From assembly GCA_965644295.1 (NCBI GenBank), contig CBFFRP010000319.1, positions 1 to 64,000 of the forward strand: DNA of 64,000 bases. Direction: 5' to 3'. Shown here one piece after another: positions 25,501 through 39,097 of this stretch; the stretch's first letter is position 1, and every line of letters starts with the position of its first letter. The stretch is from Paraphysomonas bandaiensis. Taxonomy: Eukaryota > Protista > Chrysophyceae. Position numbers and translations under genes: made by a program. A model generated the notes under the pieces. The model had not been told where the DNA came from. It was given only the letters and a program-made list of their open reading frames with translations, and did no database searches.

Positions 25501-25998
25501 ATAGTTGAGCACTTGTCGGTGCATGCAATAGTTACTAGATGATAGTCATGTTATGCTTAGTGTCGCGCGAGTTGTTAGGTTGGTTGTGGCAATGCACAAG
25601 CTTGCGCTTCTTAATTGTCAGACATTCAATATAATATATTTATACAGAATATCCGCTTGACCTCCATAGAGGCCTGCATAAAATAGCAATCCCATCACAT
25701 ATTTGCAACTGAGATGGGCGCTCTGTATCATAGCTTGCGGGGACATGCCAAGTTTAACAGTTCAATAGATATTGAATTTATTATCGTATTCTATATTATA
25801 AAGAATTTTAGTTTGGAATCACTTTCATTATCACATATCGCCTAATAACATAGTGTATAGTAGAGTGGCATTATCGACAAGAACAGAAAAACTTTATTGT
25901 AAAACAACATATATTCACAACACAAAACCACTGCCTGCTCAAGAAACTCGTGTCCAAGAAACGTCGAGCTACCAGGATATAGTAATATACTTCCACCT

Positions 25999-28900
25999 CT
26001 ATGGCAATGATGATATGAGGGCTTGAGTAATTTTTCTTTGGGGATTATCTGGAGTTATATGAGTATGTTGTACCTCTTCAAAAGATACGTTTCCTGTGCC
26101 ATGGATGTCCATTTTGCTGTACCAGTCATTAATCACAGTAATAAGCTCGGGGTTGATGGCCCCTACTCTAACTAAAATTAGTACTGTAAACTCGCTGTTG
26201 TCGATACATCCGTCATTGTTATCAAAGCCGTAAGTACGCATCATGGCAAGCTCTGGCTCGGTGATAAGAGTATTCAGGGCTTTGGGAAGTGCGTCCCTTT
26301 GACCCATAGTAGCAGCTGTGTACGCCAATATGCTGAACGATACGGCCATAACGGGGACACCCATAGTCACGTACAAACCGACAATCCCATACATCCAGTC
26401 AGGTGAATCAGCTGGAATCGAATAGAGTCCACCACTGGCCATTGCAGAGAGAGAAAAATATAAACCATCAACAAATGACCACCCTACAGCTGCACAGCTC
26501 CAAACTACCCCGATTACTACAAAGCACAAAAACGCAATGTGCACTTTTCCCTTTGGGCCGTAGTAATCTAGCCACGCTAAAATGTACTGTCGCACTCCCT
26601 GCGAAAGAACCGTCTCGGCCACCCTCTGCCTCCTCACAGCATCGACATACCTATGCATAAATAAATATATATGCACAACTGAAATGTATTTACAGTTACC
26701 AGTCGTGCTTCGACTCCACAAGGAATTGCGCCACAGTTGCACGCATAGATGCCATTGCAACTGTACCTAGAAGCATATGCATAATTGTGTAGACTTTCCT
26801 GATAGTATCATATTTGAGTGTCATCCAAAACATGCCTACACCGACGCTAATGCTCGTATATATTCCTTTCAAAAAGGAGTTCTGACCGTTCATTCCACCG
26901 TGGAAAGTGTAGAACAGCGCACCTGCAAATAGCCATGTACACCTGGAAAAAAACATGAACAACTGCAAGTATATGGGAGTTGTAATACCAAGCAAAGCAT
27001 AACCGCCAGTAAGGATTTTCTACAAACATACGAATAAGCCAAATACACCAACTGGACTCGATTCTGAACACATGATTTCCGCAAATATTAACATCTACAG
27101 GCTCAGACATGCTGTTGTTGGATCGACAACTAGCGTCCGAAAACGCTCGCCCTCTACCACTGAACCGAGGTGTCAACTCCATAGTATCCGGAGCACTCTG
27201 CCGCAGAACCCCCAGCATAACATGCACCGATACACTCCGCCTTCGATTTTGAGAAAGTGAAGGAAGGTCGCCCAGCGCATCGTCATCGTCGTTTTCAAGC
27301 CTCTCACTGTCGTCAGCATCATTTGGGATCTGGCCTTCCTTTAGTTTGGATTCCTCGTCAAACTTTAAAACCTGTGATACTTCACGGCGGCGGGGCATAA
27401 TCACTGTGTTTAAACTATCTGGTGTGTCGTCGTCAAATCTCCAACCCTCAGGTAACGTGCTGTCGCTTTCAGCCCGCACTCTCGCCTCCACCTCTGCTAT
27501 CACTTGGTCATCGTCGAATGAGCGAACCGAATTTTCGCTCTCCTGAGCATGAATAGATACCCTAGAAACTCGTTGTTGTGCAGGTACTGTCGACAACGTT
27601 TGATTAATAGGATTTTCTACATCCCCTGATGTGCTATCATCGCTTACAACGTATTTATGGGAAATGACAGTGTAAGTGTGCGTATCGGGGTTGCACATCT
27701 CTATATCATCGTTACCGCAGTCACCGGTGGGATATACTTTCCTACTTGACCTACTGACAGCGTTGTCGACAGCATCTGCAAAAGAACTCATGTTCACCGA
27801 GCTCAGGCCGCGGGCAAACATGGCTTTCCGTTGGTCAATTGTGGCTGCCTGTCGCCTTCCCACTATAATGTCTTCATAAGCAATCTTGCCCTGGTGTCGA
27901 CGGTCCAACTCCTTAAACCGAGCAGTAATCTGGCCTATCAGCTCAGGGGATACTGATCCAATCCTCAACATCATTAGTAGCACGAACTCGGCCCTGCTAA
28001 TCATGCCGTCTCCATCTGTTGATAGGCTTGGCGTAAGAAGATATATATAGAAACACAGTGGTTCCCTACCTTCAATGCCGAAAGAGACCATGAAGTCCAA
28101 TTCCTCCTGCGTCACATCCGCAAATAGACGAGCTAGTAGCGCAGCATTTGAAGGACGAATGAGCAGACTCACGAAGAGGCCTGCAAAATCATGCACGGAT
28201 TTAGCATAACCGCAATACAACAGTTGTACACGCACCCATCCCTATAGCCATTAGAGGCACACCAATAGAGCAGTATATAGCGGTAGTAGTGAAGACCCAA
28301 TCTGGAGAGGATGATGGTATAGATTTGTACCCGGACCCGGTAAGGGATGACACTACAAAGTCTGCACCCTGGGCCACTGTCCAGCTGGGTTGCATGAAGT
28401 GACACCACACCATTCCCACTCCAGCCCACACGATTAGAAAAATTACAACACTGAACTTAGGGATGTAGAACGCTGCCAAGGCTAACCATAAGCTCCACTT
28501 GCTCGAGGCTTTACTAAGACTTTGTCGTTGGTGAGCTTCCACGACCCAGTTATCCTTATTAATGGCCACATGTGAAATAAATATGGCAATGATACCCAAG
28601 AATACTGTGCCAATAGATGTGTATATCAACGAAAAGAGCTTGCAAAAGTGACTGTTATACAAATCAGGAGCAAAATCGACTGTCCAATTTACACCCCAGC
28701 CTGTGAAATATATAAGTAAAAAAAGCAATGCAAATATCATCTACCTATATTGACACTGATGTACAATCCTTTCGCCCAGCCAAACCCCACATACTGGCCA
28801 TAATATAGAGTCCCAATAAATATCCATATTAACCTGCACAGCAAAATGATAATATAGTCACATACTTCATAACATCATCCTACCACGCAAAAACTGGCAA

Positions 28901-29041
28901 GTAGGCTTTGATCTCATCCAAGAGAGACTTTTTCTTTACCGAATTTTCTAATTCTAAAGTTTCCACAGCTGACAGTATCTCTACACTAAGTTGTTTCCTC
29001 CTGTCGAGGCGAGAACGAGAACTTCCATGGGCTGGCTCCAT
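25999..29041 (-). CDS. Tandem-duplicated two-pore (TPK/KCO-like) K+ channel with EF-hands, multi-exon
   Basis: Two modules, each with two pore helices and an EF-hand pair (DGDGMISRAEF; DNNDGCIDNSEF), joined by a ~280-aa acidic/Ser linker. Confidence 0.78.
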
Positions 29042-29789
29042 TGTTAAAGCGTTTGTTGGGGCATGACCACTTCTCGATATCTTATACCTTAAGAGATGCA
29101 ATAAGGTAATAACGGACACGTAGCCCTGATATTGCTACTATTACAGCAAATACAAGCTCACAGACAAGAGTACATATCTTCGACCAATACTGTGTTCAAA
29201 GACAGTTGAATGGTGGAACTGAGTTGCTAATCACAGGACTCTTATCGGTCGAGTTGAGGCGGGCACAAGTTTGGTGTCTGTATCGTCATATATACACACC
29301 AGTACAGCTCTTCCTAATACCGTTACGAGTACGAGTAGAACTCTATATGCAACTACACACAGCAGTACGAGAGCCATCTGTATATTTTTTTGTAAATTTA
29401 TTTGGAATTCTGGCTGAATTCGAAAATTTTGGAGGTAGTCACGTCCCATAGTCTCGATAGGGTAGAGATGCGTACAATGAGAGTAAAAGGGTGTAACTTT
29501 TTTTTTCTACCATTTTTACCCACTATCCCATTAAAGTACCATAGTACTTTCGTACCAACATACAGTATACTAGTACGTATCCAAAGTATCATCGCGATAT
29601 ATCACGAGTAGTATGTATCTATACTCTGCTGTAGATACGAGCGAGTGCTGCTGTAGATACAGTGCATAGATACATACATACATCCATATGGCTATATACA
29701 CACCATCCCATCATAGTAATTTCTATTACTTCATTGTATTAAACGATACACTCCCACTCTACTGCTGTTATTACCATCTCTTGAACAAT

Positions 29790-31619
29790 ATGAATCGTCT
29801 TCTCTTTCGTAATATCTCTGTGGTAAAGAGAGTGGTTAGCTATCCCTCCTTCACGACACGATCACTCTCTCTATCTGTACCTGATAACTACACAGTCAGA
29901 TCACCAATAGATATATCCTCATCCAATTCAATTAATATATCAACTGAACAAACACTGACGAGTTTTGTGTTGAGTTCTTGTATGAAGAGTGATGTAAAGG
30001 ATCGTATAGCTATAGTGGATGGGTCCACTGGTGCCTCCATCTCTTATGGGGATTTATACAATCAAACATACAGATTTGCTAAATACTTAAAAGATGCTGG
30101 ATGTAACAGTGGTGATTGTATTGCTATTATGAGCCCTAATGATATTGACTTCTTTGCCTCTTTCCATGGAGCTGCTGTCAATGGTTGTATCGTAAGCCCG
30201 ATAAACCCGTTGTACACTGAGTCAGAAATCCAATACCAAGTGGATACCACATCTACAAAGTTTATTATATCACATCCGGCTTGCCTGGAGAGGGTGAAGA
30301 CCGTTGCCACTGCCAAGTCAATTCCTGTTGTGGTTATGGGAGACACCAGTGACACCTATGCCACCAGCATGGCAGACGCATTATCCACAGTTCCCAATGC
30401 AGTCGACCCGTCTTCCTTCGACGCTATAGATCCTGACTCAACTGTGGCTGTACCATTCAGTTCTGGTACCACCGGTTTGCCAAAGGGTGTGGAGTTGACC
30501 CATCGTAACATTACCTCCAATATGTTACAAACTCAGGCCATGGAGTGCGATATTGAAGACCACTGCTGCTACATTGTTCCCATACCATATTTTCACATTT
30601 ATGGGCTTGTGATCGGACTTTTGTATCCAGTTTATCAGGCTCGTAAGAGTGTTTTCCTTCCTTCGTTTGACTTCGTCAAGTTTCTGGAACTAATCCAGAC
30701 CCACAAAGTGACCAGAGCCTTTGCGGTGCCTCCTATTGTGCTCGGACTGGCCAAGCATCCTATAGTGGAAAAATTTGACTTATCTTCGCTTATAACAATT
30801 AGCAGTGGTGCAGCCCCTCTGGGTACTGAAGTACAGGTGGCATGTGCTAGTAGATTGAAGTGCAAGGTTGCTCAGGGATGGTAAGTGGCCACGTAGTTAT
30901 ATTACGCTTAGTATCATTGTGTGATATATTCTGTAGGGGCATGACAGAGATTTCACCGGTTGGTACGATGGTGAATGACACAGATGCTGCGGACATGTCT
31001 CGATCAGCTGGAAAGTCTGGGCGGCTTCTCCCGGGTACAGAGGCTCGAATCATGGATCCCACAACGGGGAAGTACATAGACCCCGGGACAGAAGGGGAGC
31101 TGTTGATTAGAGGCCCCCAGGTAGTTTTGTGTGTGTCGTTGAATCGCGTAATAGTCATGGTAATGTGTACAGGTCATGAAGGGGTACTACAGAAACCCCG
31201 AAGCTACTTCTGCGACTATCCGATCAGACGGATTCATGCATACAGGCGACATGGGGTACTTTGATTCTGAAGGATGGTTAGAAATCACAGGGCGCATCAA
31301 GGAGCTGATAAAGTATAAGGGGTTTCAAATTGCTCCTGCTGAGCTGGAGGACACTATAAATACACTTGAAGGAGTACAGGACGTAATGATCATTCCAGTT
31401 GACGATGAGGAGGCAGGAGAGGTACCGAGGGCATATGTGGTCAAGCAGGAGGGAGCTAACCTGACGGAAGAAGATATTCTAGCCTTTGTAAAAAAGAACT
31501 TGTCTCCACACAAGCAGCTCAAAGGAGGTGTCCGTTTTATTGCCTCGGTACCAAGAGCTGCCAGTGGAAAATTATTGCGGAGGGAGCTGATCGCATATGA
31601 CCGTGAAAATTCAGCCTAA
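29790..31619 (+). CDS. 4-coumarate-CoA ligase/luciferase-like acyl-CoA synthetase (2 introns)
   Basis: FSSGTTGLPKGV, PYFHIYG, QGWGMTE, GELLIRGPQVMKGY, HTGD, RIKELIKYKGFQ, SGKLLRR. Confidence 0.93.
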
Positions 31620-32236
31620 AATTGGCTACCATGAGTTTTTGGAAAGAAAAACGTTATTTTCAGGAAGACCTTCCACTGAATGTAAAGAAAATGCATGCAT
31701 TTATCATTTCTTGCTTTGAGCATTTTCCAATATTCGTTGATTTTAACATTAAAATCATAATCAATATATTATTTGCCAGATGTATTAAGTATTTAGTTGG
31801 GTTATCGTTCGAGGTGAACATGTTACACTAACCACTCACCTATATAAAATTACTGAAGTCACATAGGTTTCCTTTATGCGATAAAAATACAACTATATAC
31901 GATATAGATATTCTCTTGAGAGAGTTGACTACGGGTGCCAGTTGTATTTGATTTTCGGGAAGAGGAAAACAATGTCCCATATTCGGGCGACATGGATGAT
32001 GAAACTATTGAAAAAAGAAGCGTGATGGCAAAGTTAGAACTAGCTGTACCTATTTCATAATACGACGTATTTATAGTTGTTTGTAAATGGCTCATATATA
32101 CCGACCTATTCTGCTCATATAGGTCGAGTAGAGTACACTGAACACATATTATGATTACAACAGGTACAACTCAATATATCTAAGAAAAGCATGTAATGCT
32201 ACAGTTATAATACTAATACAACAAAGATTACACGTA

Positions 32237-35200
32237 CTAACTGGAAATAGAGAATTCTCGCCGCCTATCTTCTTTAATTTTCGCAGTCCTCTCCATGGTT
32301 TCTTTATGCGTTGGCATAGCTCTCTCTGCATCCAAGAAGTGCTCATTCGCAAGTGACCTCAACCGCGCAATAATCTTTGGGTCATCCCCCAATGTAGACC
32401 TATTATTAGCCATTTCTTGAAGCATCAGGCCCGTTCCAAAGTCAACGATATGCATGTACTTAACTTTAGCTTCAAGTGACGCAATATCTTGAACGTCAAA
32501 TTCAAACTACAATTCGAGTAAGTCATTGAAAAAGTAAGTTACGAGCACATACCTCGTACGGATCTGGATCACACATAAATTCATTCATCACCTTTTCCTT
32601 AAGTTTCAGGCCAATCATATCGAGAACCTTCTTCAACATAGCTTTTAAAAACTGGGGACGCTTTCTTACTCTCTGCAGGTGATCGATATTGTTGTCAATT
32701 GCACAGCCACCGAAACGCTGGATAATGCCCACAAACACTCTTTCCGACCAAAATTCTTCGGAATTCTCGTGACTTCCAACTACCAAATTGACGAACTGCG
32801 TCAACAAAATAAACATGCCTTGCTCACTGGTAGACTGCTCGCTCTTCATCCATCGCCGCTGGAACTCTCTGGCGATATTTTTTAGAGTTCGAGTGACAAT
32901 TTGAAGAAGTAGTGCCGTGCGAATTGGTATGTTGCTGTGTTCAGCAGGAATATGACTGCGCACAAGCCCCATATGTCTAATGTTAACGCCATGAAAATGG
33001 AAGTACACCGAAAAATTCATACTACAAATATCTATGGGTTTCAGTTTCGTGAGATCCAATGCAACGGCTGGAATAACTTCTTTCATCAACCGCTCCGTGG
33101 CTCGTGTAACCTCTCTATTTCTTTCAGGTGCATATGGATCAAAGTTAGAAAATGCGCTCAAAGCATCTGGTGAAAGAGCCGCAGGGGACGCATCAGGATC
33201 CGCCAACTTTCGAGTCGTGTCAAAGTTTGATTTGCTCGTCACACCCATACCACCCGAATAGATGTCATAGTGCTCCAAAATATCCACTTCGCGCTCAATA
33301 AAACTATGAGACTTATGTTTATTGGCTCCTTCAGTGAAAGTTAGCTTCGATATTGCGCTTGCAACAACCTCCCCCTGAAGTGGAGCCGGATATAAATCTG
33401 TACCACTACCACTACAATCCTGTTCATCCTCGTACACATCACCAGAGCCAGTCCAGTCGAATGCACCATAGTCACCGGGTAAGGACTCCTCGTCGTATTT
33501 ATCATCCACCGGGGTGTTAGGTTTTGACACTTCGTCATACTTATCATTTATGCTTTCTTTCAGCGGTGACTCCTGGTCAATTTCTCCAATAGTATCAGCC
33601 CCCACCACTTCCTCACACTCATCCATCTCACCACCGGGAAGTACCGGCGTATCCTCAAATTGATCGTACTCAATACTATTGTGTTCCTCGTCAAATGAAT
33701 CATACTCGGGAGTCTCCTTCGTATTGCTTAAATTGTCGGTAGATGTATCAAACTCATCATAGTCCGGGCTAGCATTGGAGTCTCGACACGGGCTCGCATT
33801 CACTCTGTCAGTTTCCCCATTCGTTTCGAAATCGTCATAAAGCACCCCAGGCGGACCTTCCTTTGTCTTCTTTTCTTCAATCAAATCCACATGGGAAACG
33901 GAGTGTGAAGAAGTGGCATTCTGATCGCGGTCCACATCTTCAATATTGAGAGGAATAAGCCCTTTCCCTCGATCCTTCACATACTCAGGCCTGAAAAATA
34001 CGTAGCAATGAATAAACAGAAATGATAACGAAGGCTAATTCTCACAGTGAGTACCTTAAAAGTCTCCAAAATATGGAAAGACTCTTGCGCTGTATGCGGG
34101 ACGCGGGAAATCGGTGGGCCACAGATCCGTCTTCAAATAGGATATCGTAAAACCTTCCGTGGGAGTACGCTCGATGTACAGTTCCATTCATGTGAATAGC
34201 ACGGGAAGGAAAGTTCGGGTCATAAACACGTATAAGAACGATAGACCCATCCTCATACAGATCATCCAGGTGAGTTGTGAGGGTCGGTGACTCGGGAGGA
34301 AAGGTTCTAGACATATCAAGAAGATAAAATCGATTGTCCATTCCGACGTGGCCCTCTGCAACATGTTTATCAGTGTACAACCGTCGAATATACATACATT
34401 GCATTACTACACTCGCAAAGCATAAGAGTAAATAACGCACCTATATCAACGGCAGCGTGTAACTCCTGGGCTCGGTCCAATTTTCCAACAACATGTCCTC
34501 TGATATTGAGAGCCTCTGCTGCCCGACGCATCGCATCGTTGAATTTCTCATTGGACTTATGTACCGTCCTACCCCCATCTGCACTGCCATACACCAGACT
34601 TTTCTCACCAAGAGGAAGGAATGCCTGTGCTGACATTCGAAATCCTTTGTAATCTATAAGCGCCATCAACGGTAGGTGGAGTTCTTTCACACCACAGTTA
34701 TAATAGTGGATGGAACCTTTGAGATCATGGCCTGCAGCTTTGGAAGCGGCTTCGTCAGAACCGTTGTAGGGCCCAGATGATCCATCTGCCATTTTAAAAA
34801 GAATACCTCGCCACATGTATTTCTTTCCTCCGGCCACGCCGCCCATATCTTTAGCCACGATACTTTTGTCTTTGATATGCAGAAAGTATTCCGATATGAT
34901 GGTTTGTGCGTAAGACTTTGCAGTATTTACAAAGTCATGATTAAGCATTGACAATAATGAATACTTTGCCGACCTCTCCAATGGAGTATTCTCGGGCATG
35001 CTAATAATTCGCTGGTACCGTTGATTCCAGTTGTCTCCGGAGTCATTTATCGTGATCTTTCTGCGTCCTGTAAAAAGAAGTTTTTCAATCTCTCGAAATT
35101 TCAATCTCATAATCTTTTGCTTGAGCTCTGCAGCAGGATCTCCTTGACTACATGTATCACATGTCGCCACACACTGTGTCCCATCCTTCTCTATAGTGGG

Positions 35201-35440
35201 ATGAGTCATGCGGTGATTATAACAGTCTTTCTCTTGTTTGAGTGCAGATACATGTATACGAGCTATTCGACTCCTCCATGCAGACTGAAGTGCCACTGCA
35301 TACTTTTTTTCCATGCAACGAAGTGCATCTATATCTATGTCCTCTGTGTGTCCCTCATTATCATCCGAATTATCGTCCAGACAGCTAATGACGAACTGAC
35401 TTATCTTATTCTTGTAGCCCGCCTTAGAGATAGACTGCAT
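32237..35440 (-). CDS. CLU (clustered mitochondria)-domain protein with an N-terminal IQ motif, multi-exon
   Basis: LIDYKGFRMSAQ, LVYGSADGGRTV, DIEGHVGMDNRFYLLDMSRTFPPE, FHFHGVNIRHMG; IQ-like LQSAWRSRIAR. Confidence 0.85.
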
Positions 35441-35543
35441 ACTGCTATACTATATCAGATACAGTGCAGTAGATAGATAGACAAGTAGAGAGACTGAGAG
35501 GAAATAGTCTAGATATGCCTGTATATACGACAGATCATACAGA

Positions 35544-35965
35544 CATACATACATACATACATACATACATACATACATACATACATACATACATACATAC
35601 ATACATACATACATACATACATACATACATACATACATACATACATACATACATACATACATACATACATACATACATACATACATACATACATACATAC
35701 ATACATACATACATACATACATACATACATACATACATACATACATACATACATACATACATACATACATACATACATACATACATACATACATACATAC
35801 ATACATACATACATACATACATACATACATACATACATACATACATACATACATACATACATACATACATACATACATACATACATACATACATACATAC
35901 ATACATACATACATACATACATACATACATACATACATACATACATACATACATACATACATACA

Positions 35966-35995
<30 letters not shown>
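35544..35995. repeat. Perfect (CATA)n microsatellite, ~113 units
   Basis: Directly visible. Confidence 0.99.
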
Positions 35996-35996
<1 letters not shown>

Positions 35997-36101
35997 GCTG
36001 ATGTACGTGTACATATAGGTAGGTGTGGATGTCGGATATTTGAATATGGCTGGAGCGGCTATCACACTAACAGCTTCAAGCAAAGATACTAATAATATAA
36101 A

Positions 36102-37545
36102 ATGGTAAATATATGCATACGCTGCATATGGATGTCTCTCTCGCTCTCATGTATCTCCTTATACTTCACGTTCAGTAAAGACTTATACTCGGTGCGGTGT
36201 TGCATAGATACTAACATACCGCTAATAATATATACCAATACTTAGGTACTTGATATACCGAAGACTGCCTCTCTTACTGAAATAAAGAAAGCATACAGAT
36301 TGAAGGCGAAGATGTCGCATCCTGATAAGAATCCGGGTGTTGATGTTGAAAAGGCTTCTGAAGAATTTCGATTAGTAGCTGAAGCATATGAAATTCTTTC
36401 AGATGTCACATCAAGGAGTGATTATGATCGTACAGGTCTTACACCAGAAGAAAGAGAGGCTGCTAAACGTTCCACGAGCTCTCGATACCACAGCCATTCC
36501 ACGTTTTATTCACAGTTCACACGGTCCTGGTCGTGGAAAAACCAGCAGTATGATTCTCGGAGGTTCCACAAGTTGTATAGAAACCCCCATGTACAGAGAC
36601 AAGTAAAAGCTTCACAAAGTAGGGTCTTGAAAGTTAATGGTTTGTCTCACCTTAGGACTGTCGTGTTGGATGGTAGTTCTGAGGTACTTGATCGGTTCGT
36701 TCTACTTGCCCTATACGACAGTTCAGTGCAAGGGTGCGTTGACGATATGAAGTACCAGGTTATGTACCCTTGGCCGTTTGCGGGATATACTAGGGAAGGA
36801 GACCGGACAATGTGGTGGGAAGAAACTCTCATTGCACTCGCTGTCGACATCCGAGATGCAAGTTCTAATTCTGAATCTGCTGCACTTTTGAAGCACCTTG
36901 GACTGAGTTTCACCTCCAACCATCGCTCCAGCTGCTCAGCTGTAGCCTTCTTTCCTCGTAAAGGAACCCTGTCAGACTATCAAATATGGACTGGGGGTGA
37001 ACAAGAATTCAGAGATTGGGTGTGGCCAAAGCTAAATATGGAAGTTAGGGTCGTAAACAAGACTCCGTGGACTCTTCACCAGTGGTGGTTAGACGGTACA
37101 CGTGGGAAAAAACTGGACAACATTCCTCCTGGAAAGGGCTATAAAATGAGCACTTTCCTCTCCCATGCATTTATATATAGAGCGCACTTTGTATCGGGCA
37201 ACGCACTTAATAACGAGGTCTGCATGTTGTAATTTTCTCTGTGAATATTAACTCAAAGTTATGAAGAGCTCGTTATTTTGGTACACGTCGCGAATTGAGG
37301 ACGATGGCACGGACATCGAGATTTACCCTCGGTGCTTCGACTACAACAGTGATTGTGCAAGATGGGCGAAAGAAGGTACCATTTTTCACTTCAGTATACT
37401 TTATCTATAACTAAGAATGTCGCTTATACGTGAAGGATTTTGCGACGTGAACTCTAAGGTTTCGAAGATGAAAAAAGATACTCACGATTTTGTAATGCGG
37501 TCTTGTTTTGTGTCATGTTTGTTGGGGTGTCCCTCAGAGCGATAG
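36102..37545 (+). CDS. Secretory-pathway DnaJ protein with a C-terminal ShKT-like Cys domain, multi-exon
   Basis: Hydrophobic N-terminus, KDLYSVLDI..IKKAYR..HPDKN; C-terminal CFDYNSDCARWAKEGFC...SCFVSC. Confidence 0.82.
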
Positions 37546-38315
37546 ATGTTAGTTAATTATTTCTGTCCGTTGCATGCCACTCAGTGGTGGTACCCATCCT
37601 GTGAGAGTTCTGAGTAGCATTTCGGTGATCAAAATACACATTGAGTGTATTGCTCTAGTGTTTTATTTTACCTGACTCTGCATGGTAAGAAATTTCTCTA
37701 TATAGTGCCAATGAGAGTTATTTCCTGAAGGTGTTGAACGAATCTCCATCTAATTGATCGGGAAGATATGAACATGTGCCATTAAAAATGGTAGATACAG
37801 AAGGGCCTGTTATTTGAATATAACATAGTTGACTTACTTTACTATTGTGTTTTAATTGTTGGTGATTCACTCTCATAACCACATATGTCTTGGGTTGATA
37901 TACTTTTCCCTGATGTGCATGGTAATCTCACACTGACACTCTTTATTTACCACAATATAATATGTAGTATGTGCACTATATGTAAAACGAAATCGAGTAG
38001 GGCAGGATGAAGGTGGGTATGAATATATCAATATCAAAATGTATTGATTTATAGAAGATGTATACTTGTGAACTCATGCTGAACAGGTGTTCAGATGAAA
38101 ATGCTTTATTTGTTATTTACTAGCCATTGTACTTTCTTCGGGTACTATTGTCGCCCATATTTAAAAACCAAGCTATTTCATTTACTAAAGTGGAGCAGGC
38201 TCAAGTTTACTTTTAATTATGCCCAGAAAGTGTCAATATTCTATTCGCACTTTTTGACAGTAAGGTCAGAAAAAGATATTTATACAATATTATCAATTTC
38301 TTGCATATTTTGATT

Positions 38316-38658
38316 GGGATGTATTATTCAACCTAGTCAAAATGGTTGAACTACCTAGTCACACCAAAATTGGCGTAAAAACCTAGTCATTTAATAATTC
38401 ATATTTTCAGTTTACAATGACTAGATTGACTAGGTGTTTTAGGGTATTCACCTAGTCAAAAATAATAATTTCCACTCAAACATGCTGCCTTGGTTTCACT
38501 TTACCTGCTGTGTGACTTCATCGTTCTTTAATGCGTAGTTATATGCGAGTACATTTTATGACTAGGTTGAATCATTTATTAGTTTGACTAGGTTATTCCA
38601 CCAAAAATAGTGTGACTAGGTAATTCAACCAATTTGACTAGGTTGAATAATATTTCCC
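38316..38658. mobile_element. 343-bp Mutator-like (MULE) MITE
   Basis: ~75-bp imperfect TIRs starting GGGA, with CCTAGTCA subrepeats; 9-bp TSD ATTTTGATT at 38307-38315 and 38659-38667. Confidence 0.92.
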
Positions 38659-39097
38659 ATTTTGATTGTGAAATAACTTACGTGACTGAACTTAAACCCT
38701 CACGATAATCAATTAGTTAATCTATACTGAACTTCTCTTACCTTTCATTAATATTCGCTACATTTATATTCTCTCTACTATCAGTCATTATTACCAGATC
38801 TTATATAGCCATGATCTTCTTATACAGTCGAAGTATTTCAGTCTCGCTAACACAATTCATATCATCAAAATTCATGTACTCGTACAGTTATCAACTACAG
38901 AAGCTATTCTTAAACTAACGGTCATAATTCAAATACCATTTAATATAGTTTTATTTGTTTGAAAATAAGCAAAACTCAACAAATATCAATTGATTAAATA
39001 CTTCTCATGTGTACTCAATTCGTTTATATATACATCTACTTTCGCCGGCGTGAATTCAGTATACACCTCTTGCTCATCGTATAGAACAAACCATAAC

